A stretch of 64,000 nucleotides of DNA from Eledone cirrhosa. Its lineage: Eukaryota. Below are positions 54,830-64,000 of this stretch, in pieces. The notes under the pieces are model-generated. The model ran no database searches, had not been told where the DNA came from, and was given only the letters and a program-made list of their open reading frames with translations. Each line of letters begins with the position of its first letter. The stretch's first letter is position 1. Position numbers and translations under genes: made by a program. Where the stretch lies: positions 211,234,001 to 211,298,000 of the forward strand of contig OZ024743.1 in assembly GCA_964016885.1 (NCBI GenBank), given 5' to 3'.

Positions 54830-57800
54830 GGAAAGAATCACTAGAGAGCTGTTCCAGGTAGAGCCGCTAATTCACTGAATTGAGAGATCATAGCTCTGAT
54901 ATTACAGACATGTGGTTAGAATGTCTGAGGAAAGAATCACTAGAGAGCTGTTCCAGGTAGAGCCGCTAATTCACTGAATTGAGAGATCATAGCTCTGATA
55001 CTACAGACATGTGGTTAGAATGTCTGAGGGAAGAATCACTAGAGAGCTGTTCCAGGTAGAGCCAATAATTCACTGAATTGAGAGATCATGGCTCTGATAC
55101 TATAGACATGTGGTTAGAATGTCTGAGGAAAGAATCACTAGAGAGCTGTTCCAGGTAGAGCCACTAATTCACTGAATTGAGAGATCACAGCTCTGATATT
55201 ACAGACATGGGGTTAGAATGTCTCAGGAAAGAATCACTAGAGAGCTGTTCAAGGTAGAGCCACTAATTCACTGAATTGAGAGATCACAGCTCTGATAATA
55301 CAGACATGTGGTTAGAATGTCTGAGGAAAGAATGACTGGAGAGCTGTTCCAGGTAGACCCACTAATTCACTGAATTGAGAGATCACAGCTCTGATATTAC
55401 AGACATGTGGTTAGAATGTCTGAGGAAAGAATCACTAGAGAGCTGTTCCAGGTAGAGCCGCTAATTCACTGAATTGAGAGATCATAGCTCTGATATTACA
55501 GACATGTGGTTAGAATGTCTGAGGAAAGAATCACTAGAGAGCTGTTCCAGGTAGAGCCGCTAATTCACTGAATTGAGAGATCATAGCTCTGATACTACAG
55601 ACATGTGGTTAGAATGTCTGAGGAAAGAATCACTAGAGAGCCGTTCCAGATAGAGCCGCTAATTCACTGAATTGAGAGATCACAGCTCTGATATTACAGA
55701 CATGTGGTTAGAATGTCTGAGGAAAGAATTACTAGAGAGCTGTTCCAGGTGGAGCCACTAATTCACTGAATTGAGAGATCATAGCTCTGATACTACAAAC
55801 ATGTGGTTAGAATGTCTGAGGAAAGAATCACTAGAGAGCTGTTCCAGGTAGAGCCACTAATTCACTGAATTGAGAGATCACAGCTCTGATAATACAGACA
55901 TGTGGTTAGAATGTCTGAGGAAAGAGTCACTAGAGAGCTGTTCCAGGCAGAGCCACTAATTTACCGAATTGAGAGATCATAGCTCTGATACTACAGACAT
56001 GTGGTTAGAATGTCTGAGGAAAGAATCACTAAAGAGCTGTTCCAGGTGGAGCCACTAATTCACTGAATTGAGAGATCTCAGCTCTGATATTACAGATATG
56101 TGGTTAGAATGTCTGAGGAAAGAATCACTAGAGAGCTGTTCCAGGTAGAGCCACTAATTCACTGAATTGAGAGATCACAGCTCTGATATTACAGACATGG
56201 TGTTAGAATGTCTGAGGACAGAATCACTGGAGAGCAGTTCCAGGTAGAGCCACTAATTCAGTGAATTGAGAGATTACAGCTCTGATATTACAGACATGTG
56301 GTTAGAATGTCTGAGGAAAGAATCACTGGAGAGCTGTTCCAGGTAGAGCCACTAATTCACTGAATTGAGAGATCACAGCTCTGATATTACAGACATGGGG
56401 TTAGAATGTCTCAGGAAAGAATCACTGGAGAGCTGTTGCAGGTAGAGCCACTAATTCACTGAATTGAGAGATCATAGCTCTGATATTACAGACATGGGGT
56501 TAGAATGTCTCAGGAAAGAATCACTAGAGAGCTGTTCCAGGTGGAGCCACTAATTCACTGAATTGAGAGATCTCAGCTCTGATATTACAGATATGTGGTT
56601 AGAATGTCTGAGGAAAGAATCACTAGAGAGCTGTTCCAGGTAGAGCCACTAATTCACTGAATTGAGAGATCACAGCTCTGATATTACAGACATGGTGTTA
56701 GAATGTCTGAGGAAAGAATCACTGGAGAGCAGTTCCAGGTAGAGCCACTAATTCAGTGAATTGAGAGATTACAGCTCTGATATTACAGACAGGGGGTTAG
56801 AATGTCTGAGGAAAGAATCACTAGAGAGCTGTTCCAGGTAGAGCCGCTAATTCACTGAATTGAGAGATCATAGCTCTGATACTACAGACATGCGGTTAGA
56901 ATGTCTGAGGAAAGAATCACTAGAGAGCTGTTCCAGGTAGAGCCGCTAATTCACTGAATTGAGAGATCATAGCTCTGGTACTACAGACATGTGGTTAGAA
57001 TGTCTGAGGAAAGAATCACTAGAGAGCTGTTCCAGGTAGAGCCACTAATTCACTGAATTGAGAGATCACAGCTCTGATATTACAGACATGGGGTTAGAAT
57101 GTCTCAGGAAAGAATCACTAGAGAGCTGTTCAAGGTAGAGCCACTAATTCACTGAATTGAGAGATCACAGCTCTGATATTACAGACATGTGGTTAGAATT
57201 TCTGAGGAAAGAATCACTGGAGAGCTGTTCCAGGTAGAGCCACTAATTCACTGAATTGAGAGATCATAGCTCTGATATTACAGACATGGGGTTAGAATGT
57301 CTCAGGAAAGAATCACTAGAGAGCTGTTCCAGGTAGAGCCACTCATTCACTGAATTGAGAGATCACAGCTCTGATACTATAGACATGGGGTTAGAATGTC
57401 TGACGAAAGAATCACTAGAGAGCTGTTCCAGGTAGAGCCACTAATTCACTGAATTGAGAGATCACAATTCTGATATTACAGACATGTGGTTAGAATGTCT
57501 GAGGAAAGAATCACTGGAGAGCTGTTCCAGGTAGAGCCACTAATTCACTGAATTGAGAGATCACAGCTCTGATATTACAGACATGGGGTTAGAATGTCTC
57601 AGGAAAGAATCACTGGAGAGCTGTTGCAGGTAGAGCCACTAATTCACTGAATTGAGAGATCATAGCTCTGATATTACAGACATGGGGTTAGAATGTCTCA
57701 GGAAAGAATCACTAGAGAGCTGTTCCAGGTGGAGCCACTAATTCACTGAATTGAGAGATCTCAGCTCTGATATTACAGATATGTGGTTAGAATGTCTGAG

Positions 57801-60800
57801 GAAAGAATCACTAGAGAGCTGTTCCAGGTAGAGCCACTAATTCACTGAATTGAGAGATCACAGCTCTGATATTACAGACATGGTGTTAGAATGTCTGAGG
57901 AAAGAATCACTGGAGAGCAGTTCCAGGTAGAGCCACTAATTCAGTGAATTGAGAGATTACAGCTCTGATATTACAGACAGGGGGTTAGAATGTCTGAGGA
58001 AAGAATCACTAGAGAGCTGTTCCAGGTAGAGCCGCTAATTCACTGAATTGAGAGATCATAGCTCTGATACTACAGACATGCGGTTAGAATGTCTGAGGAA
58101 AGAATCACTAGAGAGCTGTTCCAGGTAGAGCCGCTAATTCACTGAATTGAGAGATCATAGCTCTGGTACTACAGACATGTGGTTAGAATGTCTGAGGAAA
58201 GAATCACTAGAGAGCTGTTCCAGGTAGAGCCACTAATTCACTGAATTGAGAGATCACAGCTCTGATATTACAGACATGGGGTTAGAATGTCTCAGGAAAG
58301 AATCACTAGAGAGCTGTTCAAGGTAGAGCCACTAATTCACTGAATTGAGAGATCACAGCTCTGATATTACAGACATGTGGTTAGAATGTCTGAGGAAAGA
58401 ATCACTGGAGAGCTGTTCCAGGTAGAGCCTCTAATTCACTGAATTGAGAGATCACAGCTCTGATATTACAGACATGTGGTTAGAATGTCTCAGGAAAGAA
58501 TCACTAGAGAGCTGTTCAAGGTAGAGCCACTAATTCACTGAATTGAGAGATCACAGCTCTGATATTACAGACATGTGGTTAGAATGTCTGAGGAAAGAAT
58601 CACTGGAAAGCTGTTCCAGGTAGAGCCACTAATTCACTGAATTGAGAGATCACAGCTCTGATATTACAGATATGTGGTTAGAATGTCTGAGGAAAGAATC
58701 ACTAGAGAGCTGTTCCAGGTAGAGCCACTAATTCACTGAATTGAGAGATCACAGCTCTGATATTACAGACATGGTGTTAGAATGTCTGAGGAAAGAATCA
58801 CTGGAGAGCAGTTCCAGGTAGAGCCACTAATTCAGTGAATTGAGAGATTACAGCTCTGATATTACAGACAGGGGGTTAGAATGTCTGAGGAAAGAATCAC
58901 TAGAGAGCTGTTCCAGGTAGAGCCGCTAATTCACTGAATTGAGAGATCATAGCTCTGATACTACAGACATGCGGTTAGAATGTCTGAGGAAAGAATCACT
59001 AGAGAGCTGTTCCAGGTAGAGCCGCTAATTCACTGAATTGAGAAATCATAGCTCTGGTACTACAGACATGTGGTTAGAATGTCTGAGGAAAGAATCACTA
59101 GAGAGCTGTTCCAGGTAGAGCCACTAATTCACTGAATTGAGAGATCACAGCTCTGATATTACAGACATGGGGTTAGAATGTCTCAGGAAAGAATCACTAG
59201 AGAGCTGTTCAAGGTAGAGCCACTAATTCACTGAATTGAGAGATCACAGCTCTGATATTACAGACATGTGGTTAGAATTTCTGAGGAAAGAATCACTGGA
59301 GAGCTGTTCCAGGTAGAGCCACTAATTCACTGAATTGAGAGATCATAGCTCTGATATTACAGACATGGGGTTAGAATGTCTCAGGAAAGAATCACTAGAG
59401 AGCTGTTCCAGGTAGAGCCACTCATTCACTGAATTGAGAGATCACAGCTCTGATACTATAGACATGGGGTTAGAATGTCTGACGAAAGAATCACTAGAGA
59501 GCTGTTCCAGGTAGAGCCACTAATTCACTGAATTGAGAGATCACAGCTCTGATATTACAGACATGGGGTTAGAATGTCTCAGGAAAGAATCACTAGAGAG
59601 CTGTTCCAGGTAGAGCCGCTAATTCACTGAATTGAGAGATCATAGCTCTGATATTACAGACATGTGGTTAGAATGTCTGAGGAAAGAATCACTAGAGAGC
59701 TGTTCCAGGTAGAGCCGCTAATTCACTGAATTGAGAGATCATAGCTCTGATACTACAGACATGTGGTTAGAATGTCTGAGGGAAGAATCACTAGAGAGCT
59801 GTTCCAGGTAGAGCCAATAATTCACTGAATTGAGAGATCATGGCTCTGATACTATAGACATGTGGTTAGAATGTCTGAGGAAAGAATCACTAGAGAGCTG
59901 TTCCAGGTAGAGCCACTAATTCACTGAATTGAGAGATCACAGCTCTGATATTACAGACATGGGGTTAGAATGTCTCAGGAAAGAATCACTAGAGAGCTGT
60001 TCAAGGTAGAGCCACTAATTCACTGAATTGAGAGATCACAGCTCTGATAATACAGACATGTGGTTAGAATGTCTGAGGAAAGAATGACTGGAGAGCTGTT
60101 CCAGGTAGACCCACTAATTCACTGAATTGAGAGATCACAGCTCTGATATTACAGACATGTGGTTAGAATGTCTGAGGAAAGAATCACTAGAGAGCTGTTC
60201 CAGGTAGAGCCGCTAATTCACTGAATTGAGAGATCATAGCTCTGATATTACAGACATGTGGTTAGAATGTCTGAGGAAAGAATCACTAGAGAGCTGTTCC
60301 AGGTAGAGCCGCTAATTCACTGAATTGAGAGATCATAGCTCTGATACTACAGACATGTGGTTAGAATGTCTGAGGAAAGAATCACTAGAGAGCCGTTCCA
60401 GATAGAGCCGCTAATTCACTGAATTGAGAGATCACAGCTCTGATATTACAGACATGTGGTTAGAATGTCTGAGGAAAGAATTACTAGAGAGCTGTTCCAG
60501 GTGGAGCCACTAATTCACTGAATTGAGAGATCATAGCTCTGATACTACAAACATGTGGTTAGAATGTCTGAGGAAAGAATCACTAGAGAGCTGTTCCAGG
60601 TAGAGCCACTAATTCACTGAATTGAGAGATCACAGCTCTGATAATACAGACATGTGGTTAGAATGTCTGAGGAAAGAGTCACTAGAGAGCTGTTCCAGGC
60701 AGAGCCACTAATTTACCGAATTGAGAGATCATAGCTCTGATACTACAGACATGTGGTTAGAATGTCTGAGGAAAGAATCACTAAAGAGCTGTTCCAGGTG

Positions 60801-63800
60801 GAGCCACTAATTCACTGAATTGAGAGATCTCAGCTCTGATATTACAGATATGTGGTTAGAATGTCTGAGGAAAGAATCACTAGAGAGCTGTTCCAGGTAG
60901 AGCCACTAATTCACTGAATTGAGAGATCACAGCTCTGATATTACAGACATGGTGTTAGAATGTCTGAGGACAGAATCACTGGAGAGCAGTTCCAGGTAGA
61001 GCCACTAATTCAGTGAATTGAGAGATTACAGCTCTGATATTACAGACATGTGGTTAGAATGTCTGAGGAAAGAATCACTGGAGAGCTGTTCCAGGTAGAG
61101 CCACTAATTCACTGAATTGAGAGATCACAGCTCTGATATTACAGACATGGGGTTAGAATGTCTCAGGAAAGAATCACTGGAGAGCTGTTGCAGGTAGAGC
61201 CACTAATTCACTGAATTGAGAGATCATAGCTCTGATATTACAGACATGGGGTTAGAATGTCTCAGGAAAGAATCACTAGAGAGCTGTTCCAGGTGGAGCC
61301 ACTAATTCACTGAATTGAGAGATCTCAGCTCTGATATTACAGATATGTGGTTAGAATGTCTGAGGAAAGAATCACTAGAGAGCTGTTCCAGGTAGAGCCA
61401 CTAATTCACTGAATTGAGAGATCACAGCTCTGATATTACAGACATGGTGTTAGAATGTCTGAGGAAAGAATCACTGGAGAGCAGTTCCAGGTAGAGCCAC
61501 TAATTCAGTGAATTGAGAGATTACACCTCTGATATTACAGACAGGGGGTTAGAATGTCTGAGGAAAGAATCACTAGAGAGCTGTTCCAGGTAGAGCCGCT
61601 AATTCACTGAATTGAGAGATCATAGCTCTGATACTACAGACATGCGGTTAGAATGTCTGAGGAAAGAATCACTAGAGAGCTGTTCCAGGTAGAGCCGCTA
61701 ATTCACTGAATTGAGAGATCATAGCTCTGGTACTACAGACATGTGGTTAGAATGTCTGAGGAAAGAATCACTAGAGAGCTGTTCCAGGTAGAGCCACTAA
61801 TTCACTGAATTGAGAGATCACAGCTCTGATATTACAGACATGGGGTTAGAATGTCTCAGGAAAGAATCACTAGAGAGCTGTTCAAGGTAGAGCCACTAAT
61901 TCACTGAATTGAGAGATCACAGCTCTGATATTACAGACATGTGGTTAGAATTTCTGAGGAAAGAATCACTGGAGAGCTGTTCCAGGTAGAGCCACTAATT
62001 CACTGAATTGAGAGATCATAGCTCTGATATTACAGACATGGGGTTAGAATGTCTCAGGAAAGAATCACTAGAGAGCTGTTCCAGGTAGAGCCACTCATTC
62101 ACTGAATTGAGAGATCACAGCTCTGATACTATAGACATGGGGTTAGAATGTCTGACGAAAGAATCACTAGAGAGCTGTTCCAGGTAGAGCCACTAATTCA
62201 CTGAATTGAGAGATCACAATTCTGATATTACAGACATGTGGTTAGAATGTCTGAGGAAAGAATCACTGGAGAGCTGTTCCAGGTAGAGCCACTAATTCAC
62301 TGAATTGAGAGATCACAGCTCTGATATTACAGACATGGGGTTAGAATGTCTCAGGAAAGAATCACTGGAGAGCTGTTGCAGGTAGAGCCACTAATTCACT
62401 GAATTGAGAGATCATAGCTCTGATATTACAGACATGGGGTTAGAATGTCTCAGGAAAGAATCACTAGAGAGCTGTTCCAGGTGGAGCCACTAATTCACTG
62501 AATTGAGAGATCTCAGCTCTGATATTACAGATATGTGGTTAGAATGTCTGAGGAAAGAATCACTAGAGAGCTGTTCCAGGTAGAGCCACTAATTCACTGA
62601 ATTGAGAGATCACAGCTCTGATATTACAGACATGGTGTTAGAATGTCTGAGGAAAGAATCACTGGAGAGCAGTTCCAGGTAGAGCCACTAATTCAGTGAA
62701 TTGAGAGATTACAGCTCTGATATTACAGACAGGGGGTTAGAATGTCTGAGGAAAGAATCACTAGAGAGCTGTTCCAGGTAGAGCCGCTAATTCACTGAAT
62801 TGAGAGATCATAGCTCTGATACTACAGACATGCGGTTAGAATGTCTGAGGAAAGAATCACTAGAGAGCTGTTCCAGGTAGAGCCGCTAATTCACTGAATT
62901 GAGAGATCATAGCTCTGGTACTACAGACATGTGGTTAGAATGTCTGAGGAAAGAATCACTAGAGAGCTGTTCCAGGTAGAGCCACTAATTCACTGAATTG
63001 AGAGATCACAGCTCTGATATTACAGACATGGGGTTAGAATGTCTCAGGAAAGAATCACTAGAGAGCTGTTCAAGGTAGAGCCACTAATTCACTGAATTGA
63101 GAGATCACAGCTCTGATATTACAGACATGTGGTTAGAATGTCTGAGGAAAGAATCACTGGAGAGCTGTTCCAGGTAGAGCCTCTAATTCACTGAATTGAG
63201 AGATCACAGCTCTGATATTACAGACATGTGGTTAGAATGTCTCAGGAAAGAATCACTAGAGAGCTGTTCAAGGTAGAGCCACTAATTCACTGAATTGAGA
63301 GATCACAGCTCTGATATTACAGACATGTGGTTAGAATGTCTGAGGAAAGAATCACTGGAAAGCTGTTCCAGGTAGAGCCACTAATTCACTGAATTGAGAG
63401 ATCACAGCTCTGATATTACAGATATGTGGTTAGAATGTCTGAGGAAAGAATCACTAGAGAGCTGTTCCAGGTAGAGCCACTAATTCACTGAATTGAGAGA
63501 TCACAGCTCTGATATTACAGACATGGTGTTAGAATGTCTGAGGAAAGAATCACTGGAGAGCAGTTCCAGGTAGAGCCACTAATTCAGTGAATTGAGAGAT
63601 TACAGCTCTGATATTACAGACAGGGGGTTAGAATGTCTGAGGAAAGAATCACTAGAGAGCTGTTCCAGGTAGAGCCGCTAATTCACTGAATTGAGAGATC
63701 ATAGCTCTGATACTACAGACATGCGGTTAGAATGTCTGAGGAAAGAATCACTAGAGAGCTGTTCCAGGTAGAGCCGCTAATTCACTGAATTGAGAAATCA

Positions 63801-64000
63801 TAGCTCTGGTACTACAGACATGTGGTTAGAATGTCTGAGGAAAGAATCACTAGAGAGCTGTTCCAGGTAGAGCCACTAATTCACTGAATTGAGAGATCAC
63901 AGCTCTGATATTACAGACATGGGGTTAGAATGTCTCAGGAAAGAATCACTAGAGAGCTGTTCAAGGTAGAGCCACTAATTCACTGAATTGAGAGATCACA
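54830..64000. repeat. 48-monomer (4752 bp) near-identical tandem duplication; second copy runs to the window end
   Basis: Offset 4752 for AGGTAGACCC (55351/60103), TTCCAGGCAG (55941/60693), TCTGAGGACA (56211/60963), GGTAGAGCCT (58421/63173) and AGAAATCA (59041/63793). Confidence 0.93.

Larger units (their letters stand above)
1..64000. repeat. Tandem satellite array, 99-bp monomer, ~646.5 copies, running to both window edges
   Basis: The monomer restarts at 1, 100, 199 and so on. The phase is exact at every 1980-bp checkpoint (1981, 3961 ... 37621), then shifts by a total of 4 bp between ~39395 and ~42361 and stays constant to the end. Copies differ by only a few substitutions, and no unique sequence interrupts the array. 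Confidence 0.99.

Noticed and set aside
1-64000. Giant repeat-protein CDS (33-aa units, e.g. ankyrin- or TALE-like length)
   Set aside because: The consensus monomer has at least two stops in each minus frame and in frame +1, and stops in +2 and +3. No ankyrin or TALE consensus is present, and 1-bp deletions shift the frame at 39-42 kb.
1-64000. CRISPR array
   Set aside because: The entire 99 bp is repeated with no unique spacers, and no cas genes or leader are present.
1-64000. Intact or autonomous retrotransposon
   Set aside because: Only a 33-codon fragment is represented, with no endonuclease, RT core, 3' tail or target-site duplication in the window.

Overview
The whole 64 kb window is one head-to-tail tandem array of a 99-bp monomer (about 646.5 copies, ~41% GC, one orientation, no interrupting insertion seen). 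It is best read as eukaryotic satellite DNA. Consensus: RGAGAGCTGTTCCAGGTAGAGCCRCTAATTCACTGAATTGAGAGATCAYAGCTCTGATAYTACAGACATGNGGTTAGAATGTCTSAGGAAAGAATCACT. The consensus monomer has stop codons in all six frames, and I see no gene, RNA gene or CRISPR array. The main observation is that frame +1 of the monomer reads VEPLIH*IERSQL*YYRHVVRMSEERIT(G/R)ELFQ. This aligns without gaps to the C-terminal, post-RT motif of RTE-clade LINEs (Rex3/Expander-like VEPLLLHIERSQLRWLGHLFRMPPGRLPGEVFR, recalled from memory, not searched). The satellite therefore appears to be an amplified 33-codon fragment of a non-LTR retrotransposon ORF. Rare variants reveal nested duplications of many sizes (3, 6, 10, 12, 13, 15, 18, 19, 21, 31, 33 and 48 monomers, plus older ~95- and ~344-monomer periods) rather than one fixed higher-order repeat. 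Each monomer also carries three inverted repeats. The host species and any centromeric role cannot be determined from the sequence alone.
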